A stretch of 64,000 nt of DNA from an uncultured Nitrospiraceae bacterium (GTDB lineage: Bacteria > Nitrospirota > Thermodesulfovibrionia > Thermodesulfovibrionales > UBA6898), in the NCBI GenBank assembly GCA_963811165.1, contig CAWEQH010000004.1:288001-352000 (forward strand), in the 5' to 3' direction. Under the pieces are notes generated by a model. The model ran no database searches. It was not told the DNA's origin and was given only the letters and a program-made list of their open reading frames with translations. Shown here in pieces: positions 29,574 to 39,948 of the stretch. Both the position numbers and the translations under genes were made by a program. Numbering within the stretch: the stretch's first letter is position 1; every line of letters begins with the position of its first letter.

Positions 29574-29650
29574 ATTAAAGAATTTTCACGCAGGGGTAGA
29601 TGAGTAACCAATGTGTCGTTCCACGGCCCGATGTGGGGGCATCGGCTTTT

Positions 29651-30361
29651 TTACCGCACCGGGCATGCAACCGCTGCCTTGCGGCCGCAGACAACGGAAG
29701 TCAATGTTTCTTTCGCCTTTTGGGAAAGCCCGAAACTCTCTATCTCTTCTTTGAGGGAATCGCACGAGCCGTATCCACCGAGGTAGCCGTTTACGCGTGT
29801 GGCGGCCGTAGAATCGATCAGCCTCTTTATGTCGGGAAACATCTTCCCCAATTCCCTCATTATTTCGGGATATGATCTTAGGCTGTGCTTTTGGTGGTAA
29901 TCCTCGGCAAGATAGAATCCCGAATACGGTTCTATCGAAGTAGCAATTTTCTCCTTTGTTTTAGAAGCAAGCCGGTCCCTCGTCTCCATAGCAACCTTCC
30001 TTTGAAGTTCACTATGATAAAATATCGCCGCCCTGTATTGGAGAGACCATGAACCTCTTGTCGGATCGTGGCTCTTCCAAAAAATTTCCAATAACTCCCT
30101 GTATGAGATACGGGAGGGATCAAAATCGATTTGAATCGCCTCAGAATGATTTCCCAGGTCGTGATAATCAGGGTCCGTCGTAGTTCCGCCGGTGTAACCC
30201 ACTCGGGTCCGGATAACCCCCGGCAAACTCCCAAACTGGGAGTCAGGCCCCCAGAATCAGCCAAGTGCGAAGGTCGCGGTCTCAAATGTAGCCGAATGGC
30301 GTATGTCTGAAGGCGGCAGGCCAACGCCGCAGGTCTCAGAATCGGTATGGGACGGAGACAT
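29651..30361 (-). CDS. msrA: Selenocysteine-containing peptide methionine sulfoxide reductase MsrA (in-frame UGA at 30257-30259); alternative start 30445 adds a signal anchor
   Basis: Reads ATFALG-TGA-FWGPDSQFGSLPGVIRTRVGYTGG with UGA at the GCFWG catalytic Cys; GGAGGT RBS before 30361; FYLAEDYHQK. Confidence 0.9.
30227..30256 (-). promoter_or_regulatory. Candidate bacterial SECIS element
   Basis: Perfect stem ACTCCCA-GTT-TGGGAGT starting 13 nt after the UGA; loop begins with G. Confidence 0.7.
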
Positions 30362-30519
30362 ATTTTTACCTCCCGTAAGAGATACTATGGTAACTATAGT
30401 TATTGCCAACCCTAACGACACTATAAGGGCAAAGCGCCATCTCATGACAAATAGTACCCTATGATAATGAAGCAATTGTGAATGGACTGCTTTTCGGCAG
30501 GTTGCAGGATCTGCGCCGA

Positions 30520-31392
30520 TCATCCCTGATGCGACTTCCTAAGATACTGATAGAGGGCGGAGAAATCCTTCTCTCCCAGCCCGCTACGCACGGCGAGGGC
30601 AACCGACTCCTTAATCGCATGCATGTCAGGCATCGCCACACCGCATTCATAGGCCGTGACCGAGGCAAGCTGCAGGTCCTTATGCATCCATTTGAGTGGG
30701 AACTGGGTCTCGAAGTTCCCGGACTCCATCAGGGGTCTCTTAAGCGAAAGAAAGGGAGCGGCCACGGGCGATTTGAGAAGGGTATCGAAGAGCACCTCGC
30801 GGGAAATGCCAAGGGCCTCTCCGAGCACCATCGCCTCGGAGAAGGCAGCCATGGCTCCCGCAAGGAGAATGTTGTTCGTTATCTTCATGGCCGTGCCCAT
30901 TCCGTTTCCGCCGACGTGGAAGACCGCCTTGCCCATGGCTTCCAAAAGGGGCATCGAGAATTCGACATCTTTTTTATCTCCGCCTGCGAAAAAGAGGAGC
31001 TCCGCCTGCTCTGCCGGTATCTTCGAGCCGGCAACCGGCGCATCGATAAAACGCACATATCTTTTTTTGCATTCATCGGCCATTTTCCTCGAAAAGGATG
31101 GATTAACGGTACTGGAGTCTATCCATAAAGAGCCTTTCGTTAAGTGATCGAGAAACCCTTCCTCACCGAGGGCAACCTCGGTCACCGCAGCCGGTTCGGA
31201 AAGCATAGTGATTACCACCGATACGGCCTCCGCGACTTTGGCCGGGGTTCCTAAAAAAGACGCACCCATGGCGATAAGCGGACCTGCCTTATCCTTTGTC
31301 CTGTTAAAGACGACAAGCTCGTGGCCTCTCTTTAGCAGATTCCCCGCCATGCGACTGCCCATGATGCCAAGCCCGATAAACCCGACTTTCAT
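30520..31392 (-). CDS. NAD(P)-dependent beta-hydroxyacid dehydrogenase (3-hydroxyisobutyrate DH family)
   Basis: GFIGLGIMG, IDSST, DAPVAG, K..NN, KDL. Confidence 0.92.
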   Translation of the reverse strand: MKVGFIGLGIMGSRMAGNLLKRGHELVVFNRTKDKAGPLIAMGASFLGTPAKVAEAVSVVITMLSEPAAVTEVALGEEGFLDHLTKGSLWIDSSTVNPSFSRKMADECKKRYVRFIDAPVAGSKIPAEQAELLFFAGGDKKDVEFSMPLLEAMGKAVFHVGGNGMGTAMKITNNILLAGAMAAFSEAMVLGEALGISREVLFDTLLKSPVAAPFLSLKRPLMESGNFETQFPLKWMHKDLQLASVTAYECGVAMPDMHAIKESVALAVRSGLGEKDFSALYQYLRKSHQG

Positions 31393-31436
31393 ATGTCCTC
31401 CTTCATTAATCTTGAGTCTCTGTCTTCTCTTTACCT

Positions 31437-33248
31437 CTACTTCTCCTCCTTCAAACTCTCCATATACTTTCTCACTTCAGCCGATACTTTCAAGGGCTCG
31501 GTGATGGAGGCAAAGCATTTTTTCGCGGAGCAAAGGTAGAGGGACTCACTCAGGGGATAGCCGATACGCTCGATAGCGGCCCTATCATCCGTAAGCGAAA
31601 ACACCTTTACCACTTTGAGGGGAATATAGATCCCGTTCACCGCGGCAAGGAACAGTTCGGGCCCCCTGGCGGTTATGATTACGATTTCGAGGGGCGCCCG
31701 GAGCTGCCATTCGAACGCCGTCCCGCAAAATCCTGCAGCGGGTCCGATCCTTCCGCAGTCCTCTTTTGTCCGCGCGACCGCGCGGGCAGCCAGCCCTTTG
31801 AGTTTCGCATCTTCCTGATATCCCGAAATTCTCAGCAGAAAAACAGCGGCCCTGAGGTTCGAGACAGCGGCGTTGTATTCCATGAGCACTCCCGGCTCAG
31901 AAGGCCCGACCGGGGTTGTTCCTTTACCTGCCCTGAAGGAGCCCTGCTGACTATCGAAGAACTCCCCGGCAAGCAGGCGGGCCACATCCCGGGCTGTGTC
32001 GATGTATCTTCTGTTTCCGGTCGCGTTATAGAGATCAATGAGGGCACTGCCGAATAGGGCATTGTCCGCGAGCAGTCCCTCCAGGTGTTTGTCCCCGTCA
32101 CGATAATAACGATAGACCCCCCTTTTTTTGGAGTAAAGGTTCCGGATCATGAATTCGGCCGCCTTCTCCGCCTGTATAAGATATTCCTTCGATCCTGTGG
32201 CGCCGGAGGCCGTTACTAAGGCGGTGATCATTTGAGCATTCGGACCGGCATAAATCGTGGTGTCGACACGGGGCGGCGGTCCCCCTCGCTTCTTCGCGGT
32301 GTAATACCCTTCGTCTGCATCCTGACTCCCGTAGAAAACCCCTGTTTTCCGGTCGTAGAGATTATTCATGATATAGCCGATCGTCTCATCGAGGACCTTC
32401 CGGTAGCCGACTTTGCCGAGGGCCAGAAAGGCGGATGCATAATTCCTTGCCAGCCCCGCGTTCAGATCGAGCAGTTTTTCGTAATGGGGCGACGACCAGT
32501 CCGGCCGTGTTGCGTACCTGAAAAACCCGCCACCGATATCGTCGTGTATTGCGCCTGCCTCCATCCTGTCAAGCGTCAGGGTGATCATCTCTTTTGTCTC
32601 TTCGTCCCCGCTTATCATGAATTCGGAGAGAAGGAAATCGATCGCCTCGGAGTTAGGAAATTTCTGGGTCGTCCCGAAGCCGCCGTGCTGCCTGTCGAAC
32701 GCAGACTTCAGGGTGCCGACCGTCCTTCTCAGGTCCGCCGCATTCACGGCCGCTTCCCCTGATTGCTCAGGTCTTTTCTCTCTTTTTCCCCCCATGCCCC
32801 GCCTGTCATTTCTGTATGCTGCGACGCCCTTTTTCAGCCAGGAGACCATGTCCTCCGGCGGGATATAGGTATCGCCCCGGACGATTTCCCCCTCCTGCGA
32901 AAGCACGAGGGTGCTCGGCCATCCGCCCTGGTTATAAAGGCTGTCGATATCGGGCCGCATGTCGGCGTCAGCCCTCACGGGGATGAAATTCTCATTGATG
33001 TAAGCGATGACGCCCGTGTCGGAGTACGTCGTTTCGTCCATGACGTGGCACCAGTGGCACCACACCGCGCTAAGTGCCAGAAGAACCGGCCTCTGTAGCC
33101 TCTTCGCTTCAGAAAAAGGATCCGGGCCCCATTGCCGCCAGTGTATAAGGTCTGCCTTGTTCGGCTTGGGCGAGAACCTGAAATCAGAAGCCCCTGCACT
33201 CTGGGTGATAAAGATGACAGACAGAATAGCTGCTGCGAACTTTCTCAT
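31437..33248 (-). CDS. DUF255/YyaL-like thioredoxin plus (alpha/alpha)6 domain protein with signal peptide
   Basis: WCHWCHVM, GGWP, GGFG...KFP, GGFFRY, PHYEK. Confidence 0.88.
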   Translation of the reverse strand: MRKFAAAILSVIFITQSAGASDFRFSPKPNKADLIHWRQWGPDPFSEAKRLQRPVLLALSAVWCHWCHVMDETTYSDTGVIAYINENFIPVRADADMRPDIDSLYNQGGWPSTLVLSQEGEIVRGDTYIPPEDMVSWLKKGVAAYRNDRRGMGGKREKRPEQSGEAAVNAADLRRTVGTLKSAFDRQHGGFGTTQKFPNSEAIDFLLSEFMISGDEETKEMITLTLDRMEAGAIHDDIGGGFFRYATRPDWSSPHYEKLLDLNAGLARNYASAFLALGKVGYRKVLDETIGYIMNNLYDRKTGVFYGSQDADEGYYTAKKRGGPPPRVDTTIYAGPNAQMITALVTASGATGSKEYLIQAEKAAEFMIRNLYSKKRGVYRYYRDGDKHLEGLLADNALFGSALIDLYNATGNRRYIDTARDVARLLAGEFFDSQQGSFRAGKGTTPVGPSEPGVLMEYNAAVSNLRAAVFLLRISGYQEDAKLKGLAARAVARTKEDCGRIGPAAGFCGTAFEWQLRAPLEIVIITARGPELFLAAVNGIYIPLKVVKVFSLTDDRAAIERIGYPLSESLYLCSAKKCFASITEPLKVSAEVRKYMESLKEEK

Positions 33249-33433
33249 ATTTTATTTTACCCCGTTAGAAAGACTGTTGCTGGGGGCGGATGAAAAAATC
33301 TTTTCCCGGCGCGGGTGGGGTTTATCGCCAAATGCAACGGGGTGAGCCGCCCCCCGGCTTAGAGGAAGACGGCATGCACGTTTCAACCTGCAAATATGCC
33401 GAAAGAGTATGGGCCCGAATGTTTTTGAGACTA

Positions 33434-33616
33434 TCAGGTGATCTTCTTCTTGATCGCCTTAACCGCAGAGGAGGCCTTTTTCGTCACGGTCTTCTTGGCG
33501 GCCGTGACTTTCTTTACCACCTTCTTCGCCACTTTTTTCTCGACCTTCGTTGCTTTTTTTACCGCCTTCTTTACCGCTTTTTGCACTGTCTTTTTGACTG
33601 TCTTCTTCCCGAACAT
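33434..33616 (-). CDS. Histone H1-like Lys/Ala/Val-rich small protein
   Basis: 24 of 60 residues Lys with xxKK periodicity; GAGGAGG RBS. Confidence 0.75.
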   Translation of the reverse strand: MFGKKTVKKTVQKAVKKAVKKATKVEKKVAKKVVKKVTAAKKTVTKKASSAVKAIKKKIT

Positions 33617-33687
33617 TTCTCCTCCTCACGTAATCAGTTATTTCCGGATGCCTAGGCACCAGTCCGAATGCGGTAAGGCCGCGGGGG

Positions 33688-33918
33688 CTATTTCTTCATC
33701 CTCATCGGCCTTTCGCAACAGACGAGGTGGGTGGTCTCGGCGCAGCCGCATGCCGTGTCGACTGTAACAGCGAGGCCGCAGACCCCGCAGGAGTACCTGC
33801 TTCCTTCCTTGACCCCCGCCGCTTTCTTTGCGGTCCTCTTTACCGGGGTCTTCTTTGATGCGGTCTTAGGCGTCGCCTTTTTGGCAACCTTTTTTACTGA
33901 TGTCATCGCTCTTGCCAT
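33688..33918 (-). CDS. Lys-rich tail fused to a desulforedoxin-like CxxC...CC metal-binding domain
   Basis: EGSRYSCGVCG.AVTV...LVCCERPM; AAGGAG RBS. Confidence 0.75.
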   Translation of the reverse strand: MARAMTSVKKVAKKATPKTASKKTPVKRTAKKAAGVKEGSRYSCGVCGLAVTVDTACGCAETTHLVCCERPMRMKK

Positions 33919-34061
33919 GGCTTTCTCCTTTTTGCGAAAAGATCTGCCGCCAGTGCGGCACTTTCAAAGAGTATATCGCAAAAACTTCTTCTTTGCTATA
34001 CGTATCGTCGAAAAGGGTTCGCTCTTCATAATTTGCAACTTTAGGAATATAATGTAAGTGC

Positions 34062-35732
34062 ATGGATGATCTGGTGTTGCAAATAGACACGGGCGGGACC
34101 TTATTGGAGTGCCGTGGAGGATTGGGGGACAACTTGTTGATACCCTCCGATGAAGGTACGGGCAAGAACATCCGTGACGTGATGCCCTCAGATGCCGCCG
34201 ACCTGATCATGGTCCACATGGATAAAACGCTGCACACAGGGGAACTGCAACGGTTTGAGTACCAGCCTTGGATGAGCCAGCATCACTATGAGCTGCGATT
34301 GTTCGCCGGCGGACCCGACAGGATATTCGTTATTGTCAGCGACATCTCAGACCATAAGCAGGACTCCGAAAGGGTCAACTACCTTGCACATCACGACCCT
34401 CTGACGGATCTGCCGAACCGGTACCTGTTTAATGACCGGTTGAAGCAGGCTATAGCCCATGCCGAACGCGAAAAACAGTTGCTGGCGGTATTGTTTCTTG
34501 ATATAGACAACTTCAAACATATAAATGACACCATCGGGCACCGGGCGGGGGACCAGCTGCTGCAGGGCATCGCAACCAGATTAACGCTTGGCATCCGTAA
34601 GACGGATAGTGTTGCCCGGCCGTCGGCTGAAGACGGGGAACAAATGGTGGCGCGTCTTGGCGGGGATGAATTTACCATGCTTCTCACCGATACAAAAAAT
34701 ATTCAGGACCCGGCGACAGTGGCCCAGCGTATTCTCGCCATGCTCTCGGAGCCTTTTGTCATCGGGGTGCATGAAGTGTTTATTACGGCAAGCGTGGGCA
34801 TAGCCGTATATCCCCTCGACGGCGGAGATATCGATACGCTGCTCATCAATGCCGACGTGGCGATGTATCAGGCCAAGAATAACGGAAAAAATAACTATCA
34901 ATATTATTCCGATTCCATGAATACCCTCAGGGCCGAGAGATTTGCCGTGGAGCACAAATTGCGAAAGGCGTTGGACCAGAATGAGTTTATGCTGTTTTAC
35001 CAGCCCCAGATAGACATTTGCACCGGAAAAATTATTGGGGTGGAGGCATTGATACGCTGGCTGCAGCCGGACCTGGTACTGATCAAACCGGGTCAATTTA
35101 TTCCCCTTGCCGAGGAGACCGGACTCATCGTCCCCATAGGTGAATGGGTACTTCGCACCGCGTGTGCGGAAACCAGAATCTGGCAGAAATCCGGTCTTCA
35201 CCCGATCCGGATGACGGTAAATGTATCAAGTATCCAATTCAGACAGAACAACTTTGTGGAAACCGTATCGGGGATATTGCGCGATACGGGCCTGGACCCT
35301 CAGTATCTTCAATTGGAGCTCACCGAGGGTGCGATCATGCAGGACTCTCAAAATACCATCAAAAAGTTGCATGCGTTTCACGCAATGGGAATACAGGTTG
35401 CGATTGACGATTTCGGCACCGGTTATTCCTCGCTTAATTACCTGAAAAGGTTCCCCCTATCGACATTAAAAATCGACTACTCTTTTGTTAAGGATGTAGA
35501 CACCAGCCCTACGGACCAGGCCATTATCAACGCCATTGTCAGTCTGGCTCATAATTTTAATTTAAAGGTAATAGCCGAAGGGGTGGAGAAAAAGAAACAG
35601 CTGGCCTTTTTGCGTGAGTGCGGATGTGAAGGAGCACAGGGCTACTTAATTTGTCCGCCGGTGAACACGATCGTTTTGGCGGAGTTTATAAAAAAAGAAA
35701 GACATTTGAAAGTATTGCGGCATACAACGTAG
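34062..35732 (+). CDS. PAS-like/GGDEF/EAL diguanylate cyclase-phosphodiesterase
   Basis: HDPLTDLPNR, RLGGDEF, EALIRW, DDFGTGYSS, AEGVE. Confidence 0.95.
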   Translation: MDDLVLQIDTGGTLLECRGGLGDNLLIPSDEGTGKNIRDVMPSDAADLIMVHMDKTLHTGELQRFEYQPWMSQHHYELRLFAGGPDRIFVIVSDISDHKQDSERVNYLAHHDPLTDLPNRYLFNDRLKQAIAHAEREKQLLAVLFLDIDNFKHINDTIGHRAGDQLLQGIATRLTLGIRKTDSVARPSAEDGEQMVARLGGDEFTMLLTDTKNIQDPATVAQRILAMLSEPFVIGVHEVFITASVGIAVYPLDGGDIDTLLINADVAMYQAKNNGKNNYQYYSDSMNTLRAERFAVEHKLRKALDQNEFMLFYQPQIDICTGKIIGVEALIRWLQPDLVLIKPGQFIPLAEETGLIVPIGEWVLRTACAETRIWQKSGLHPIRMTVNVSSIQFRQNNFVETVSGILRDTGLDPQYLQLELTEGAIMQDSQNTIKKLHAFHAMGIQVAIDDFGTGYSSLNYLKRFPLSTLKIDYSFVKDVDTSPTDQAIINAIVSLAHNFNLKVIAEGVEKKKQLAFLRECGCEGAQGYLICPPVNTIVLAEFIKKERHLKVLRHTT

Positions 35733-35759
35733 TTTCCGGGGGTTGTCTCTTTGAAAATG

Positions 35760-36654
35760 TTACGACATGTCCCGGTGAATCACATTTACCTCAAGGTTTT
35801 CTTCCCGGACAAATCTCGCGATTTCCCCGACGATTGCCGGAGAGCGGTGGTTCCCCCCCGTGCACCCGATTGCGATGGACAGATAGGCCCTCCCTTCTTT
35901 ACAGTAGCGGGGAAGCAAAAAGGCGAGCAGGTCCCTGACTTTTTTGATAAAAGCCCTGGCATCGGGGCCGTTCAGAACATATTTCGCTGTCAGTCTGTCG
36001 GTTCCGTTTCTGTATTTCAATTCCGGGACGAAGTAGGGGTTAGGCAGGAACCTGACGTCAAACAGCAGATCGATGTTCTGCGGCACGCCGTATTTGAACC
36101 CGAAAGAAATCAGAGTGACGGCCATCTCCCGGTTTCCCCCCCCCCACTGCATAGAGAGAGGAGATAAGGCCCCTCAACTGATGGGGGGAGTATGAAGAGG
36201 TGTCTATTACCCGGTCGGCATTTTGTTTGAGCGGCTCCAGCCTCGTCTTCTCCGCCTGAATCGCAGCTTCCAGGTCTCCGCCGAGGGGATGCGGCCTGCG
36301 GGTCTCCTTGAACCTTCGTATAAGAACCTGCGCCTCGGCCTCGAGAAACAATACCTCCATGCGGTATCTCTCCCTGAGTGTGCTCAGGACGCTATCGATA
36401 TCAGGCAAAAACTCTTTCTCGCGGATGTCGATGCCTATCGCAATGTCCCTGACCGCGGGGTGGCGCGAAATCTTTGACACGAGCGAGTCTATGAGGGAGA
36501 CGGGCAGGTTGTCCACACAGAAGAAATTCATGTCTTCTACCGCACGCAGGGCAACGGTCTTGCCGGAGCCGGAAAGTCCTGATATAATGACGACCCGGGG
36601 GGATTTTCCCTTCTCCCGGGTGCGCCGAGGTGCCTTGACCGGTGGTTTCTTCAC
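35760..36654 (-). CDS. rapZ: RNase adapter RapZ/YvcJ, frameshifted in a G10 tract
   Basis: GLSGSGKT, DNLP, RRPHPL in one frame; SFGFKYG, DVRFLPNP, GCTGG.HRS in another; switch at 36136-36145. Confidence 0.9.
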
Positions 36655-36738
36655 AAAAGAGACGCCGGGACCTCAGCAGGCGATGAGGGCCGCTTCACTG
36701 CCGGAACCATATTTTCCCGACCGTCTCCCGGCATGTCC

Positions 36739-37263
36739 CTATTTTTTGGGTTCGATCAATCCGAAATTCCCGTCTCTTCTTTTGTAGATGACATTGATGT
36801 CTTCGCTTATATCATTGATGAAGACGAAGAAGTCCTTGTCGAGCAGTTCCATCTGCATGGAGGCCTCGTCCGGGCTCATCGGTTTCAGTTCGAACCGTTT
36901 GTTTTTGATTATCGTGCCGGTCTCCGGAGACGCAGATTTCTCGGCTTCCCCGGCGGTCTTGGCGCCGCCTTTTCTGCGGCCGACGAGCTTCTCCTTGTAT
37001 TTTTTTATCTGTCTGTCGAGTTTTTCGACGACCTCGTCTATGGAGGAGTAGATCTCTCCCGTCACCCCTTCGGCCTGTATGAGAACTCCATTGGCCCTAA
37101 GGAGAACTTCCGCCTTATGCCTGTATTTCTTCTCTATGCTGAGTGTAACTACCGCCTCTGATATATCGGAAAGATACCGCCCGAATTTACCCACTTTTTC
37201 TTCCGCGTAGGTCTTTAGCGCCGGGGTGATCTCCATGTGTCTTCCATTGACGATGATGTTCAT
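36739..37263 (-). CDS. hpf: Long-form ribosome hibernation promoting factor
   Basis: MNIIVNGRHMEITPAL, KPMS..EA..QM, NVIYKRRDG; position after rpoN. Confidence 0.95.
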   Translation of the reverse strand: MNIIVNGRHMEITPALKTYAEEKVGKFGRYLSDISEAVVTLSIEKKYRHKAEVLLRANGVLIQAEGVTGEIYSSIDEVVEKLDRQIKKYKEKLVGRRKGGAKTAGEAEKSASPETGTIIKNKRFELKPMSPDEASMQMELLDKDFFVFINDISEDINVIYKRRDGNFGLIEPKK

Positions 37264-37300
37264 AGTTTCCTCCTTTTCATAATCGTTGCCTCGCGAACGG

Positions 37301-38743
37301 TCATCTCTTTCGTTGACTTTGAGAAGGGATCTTCAATTCTTCCCTGTACTTTGCGATTGTCCTCCTTGCAATATTGATATTCTGACTCTTGAAGATGTCC
37401 ACTACGGACATGTCGCTGAGCGGTTTCGCAGAATCCTCTTCTGCGATTATTTTCTTCACCATCTCCTTCACTGTCGTTGCCGATATTTCCCCTGAATCGC
37501 TGGGGATCGCGTTGCTGAAGAAGAACCGGAACCCATATATCCCGCGCGGGCAGGAAAGATACTTGTTCGATGTGACCCTGCTGATCGTGCTTTCATGAAG
37601 TCCCAGTTCCGATGCGATGTCCTTAAGGTTCAGAGGCTTTAGAAAATTCACCCCCTTGTCAAAAAAGTCTCTCTGGAAATTGAGTATGCATTCTGTAACG
37701 CGGTAAATGGTCTTGTTTCTCTGGTCAAGGCTCTTCATCAGCCAGATAGCGGAACGGAGCTTGTCTTCCAGAAACTGCCTGTCTTCTTTCGGGATGGCGT
37801 TCTTATGGCTCAGGAGCCGCTGGTAATATGAGCTGATCCTCAGTCTCGGCAGCCCTTCATCGTTAAGGACGATCTGGTACCCGTTGTCCGCCTTAATGAT
37901 GTAGACGTCGGGCGTGATATAGTTGACGTCGGAGGACGAGAAGTTGCTGCCGGGTTTCGGGTCGAGGCCCTCAATGACCTTGACCGCCGCCATAATGTCA
38001 TCGACGGGGACATTGTAAAGCTTGGCCAGCTGCGGGTATTTCCTTTTGCCCAGCAGGTCAAGGTTTTTGGCGACCAGACTTTCGACAAGCGTCCCTTCCA
38101 GGCCGAGGGACTTCAGTTGCAATTGCAGGCATTCTTTGATGTCCCTCGCCGCAATCCCCGGGGGATCGAAGCTCTGGACGAGCCTTACCGCGCGCTCTGC
38201 CGTCTCTATGTCGCTGCCGGCGATTTCTGCAATCTCTTCATTCGTTATTTTGAGGTACCCGTTTTCGTCGATGTTGCCGATTATAATCTCTCCGATGCTC
38301 CTGACGGTTTCGTCCTCCTTTGAGAGGCGAAGCTGCCAGATAAGATGGTCGAAGAGGTCCGACGATGAGCTCAGAAAGTACTCGAATGAAGGCTGTGTGA
38401 CATTGCCGGGCGTGAAATAACCGAGGTCCCTCCCGTCATAACTTCTCTCATCGAAATAGTCGTCGGTTGAGGAATATCCCATCAGTTTTTCGAGGGGGAT
38501 TTCAGAGTCGTCGCGCTCTCCGGGTTCGGCGGGCTCCGCCTCTTCCCTCTCTTCCTTTGTCATTTCTTCCTTCGATGAGACCTCGGTGAGCTCTTCTAAA
38601 AAAGGGTTCTCTACCAGTTCCTGGGTGAGAGTCTGGGACAGCTCAAGCTGAGGCATCTGCAGCAGCTTTATCGCCATCTGGAGCTGAGGTGTCAGCACCA
38701 GTTTTTGGGAAAGTTTTAATTCAAGACGACTTTCGAGCGCCAT
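37301..38743 (-). CDS. rpoN: RNA polymerase sigma-54 factor
   Basis: TPQLQ.AIKLLQ, HESTISR, RpoN box ARRTIAKYRE. Confidence 0.98.
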   Translation of the reverse strand: MALESRLELKLSQKLVLTPQLQMAIKLLQMPQLELSQTLTQELVENPFLEELTEVSSKEEMTKEEREEAEPAEPGERDDSEIPLEKLMGYSSTDDYFDERSYDGRDLGYFTPGNVTQPSFEYFLSSSSDLFDHLIWQLRLSKEDETVRSIGEIIIGNIDENGYLKITNEEIAEIAGSDIETAERAVRLVQSFDPPGIAARDIKECLQLQLKSLGLEGTLVESLVAKNLDLLGKRKYPQLAKLYNVPVDDIMAAVKVIEGLDPKPGSNFSSSDVNYITPDVYIIKADNGYQIVLNDEGLPRLRISSYYQRLLSHKNAIPKEDRQFLEDKLRSAIWLMKSLDQRNKTIYRVTECILNFQRDFFDKGVNFLKPLNLKDIASELGLHESTISRVTSNKYLSCPRGIYGFRFFFSNAIPSDSGEISATTVKEMVKKIIAEEDSAKPLSDMSVVDIFKSQNINIARRTIAKYREELKIPSQSQRKR

Positions 38744-39466
38744 CTAAAGTCTAAACTCCTCACCAAGATACACTTCTTTTACTCTGGGGTCCGCAATCAG
38801 TTTTTCGGGCGGACCCTCATTGAGGATCTCGCCGTTATTAATGATATAGGCCCTGTCGGTTATGGAAAGGGTATCTCTGACGTTATGGTCGGTGATTATT
38901 ATCCCGAGCCCTTTTGATTTTAAATATACGAGCATCTTCTTCAGATCGATGATGGCAAGAGGGTCGATACCCGCAAAGGGCTCGTCGAAGAGGATGAAGA
39001 TCGGTTTTGTCGCCAGGGCCCTTGCGATCTCGGTCCGTCTCCGTTCCCCGCCGGAGAGCCTGTACCCATTCCTCCCGGAAAACTCTTCCAGGTTGAATTC
39101 CTTGAGGAGACGAGAGACCTCGGCATCTATCTCGGAAGTGGAAAGCCCTTTGATTTCGAGTACCGCCCTAAGATTGTCCTCGACCGATAGTTTCCTGAAG
39201 ATTGAAGGTTCCTGAGGAAGATAACTCATCCCCATCAAGGCCCTTTTATACATCGGCAGCCCGCTTATGTCTTTCTGGTCCAGATAGATACTGCCGCGGT
39301 CGGGCCTGGTGAGTCCGAGGATGCTGTAAAACGTGGTCGTCTTTCCCGCGCCGTTAGGTCCCAACAGCCCCACGATTTCCCCTGTCGTCACGTGCAGATC
39401 GATGTTCCTGATCACCGCTTTTTTACTGTAGCTTTTGGAGAGATCCTTTACCTCAAGAAGATGCAT
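38744..39466 (-). CDS. lptB: LPS export ABC ATPase
   Basis: GPNGAGKTT, YLPQEPSIFRKL, LSGGERRR, DEPFAGIDP, TDHNVR. Confidence 0.97.
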   Translation of the reverse strand: MHLLEVKDLSKSYSKKAVIRNIDLHVTTGEIVGLLGPNGAGKTTTFYSILGLTRPDRGSIYLDQKDISGLPMYKRALMGMSYLPQEPSIFRKLSVEDNLRAVLEIKGLSTSEIDAEVSRLLKEFNLEEFSGRNGYRLSGGERRRTEIARALATKPIFILFDEPFAGIDPLAIIDLKKMLVYLKSKGLGIIITDHNVRDTLSITDRAYIINNGEILNEGPPEKLIADPRVKEVYLGEEFRL

Positions 39467-39948
39467 TATTTGTCCTTCTTATTTTTCAGAAATACCCTGC
39501 TTTTTTCGACGTAGGAGCGGTCCTGGGCTATATAATACGTCATCGTTTCTCCGGTGACCACATTTTCACCGTCCTCTGCCCGGGGATCGCCGGTGAAGAC
39601 GACTTTGTCTTCGTCGGCGTAGTAGGTCGCCATCCGAGAGGTGATGAGACGGCCGCTCTTAAGGAGCCTGACATTGCCCGTCGCCTCGATTTTTGTCACA
39701 TCCCCGCTGCCTTCCCTGTAAAAGACAAGCATTTTGTCTGAATAGATGGTCATGTCCGTTGTCTTGGCAACGACCTTCCCCTCAAACAGCGCGGTATGGG
39801 CCTTGTTATCGGAGGTAAGGGTCTCCGAGGTTATGGTGATCGGTCCTTTTACCTGCATCTTCTGCTCTTCCCCCGCCGCAAATGCTGAATGCAACAAGAT
39901 AAGCGGCAGAATAAAAAGAGCGCTAATTATAGAAAACCGCTTTGACAT
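39466..39948 (-). CDS. lptA: LPS transport periplasmic protein
   Basis: Signal peptide, PITITS, F.GKV, ATGNV; synteny. Confidence 0.88.
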   Translation of the reverse strand: MSKRFSIISALFILPLILLHSAFAAGEEQKMQVKGPITITSETLTSDNKAHTALFEGKVVAKTTDMTIYSDKMLVFYREGSGDVTKIEATGNVRLLKSGRLITSRMATYYADEDKVVFTGDPRAEDGENVVTGETMTYYIAQDRSYVEKSRVFLKNKKDK

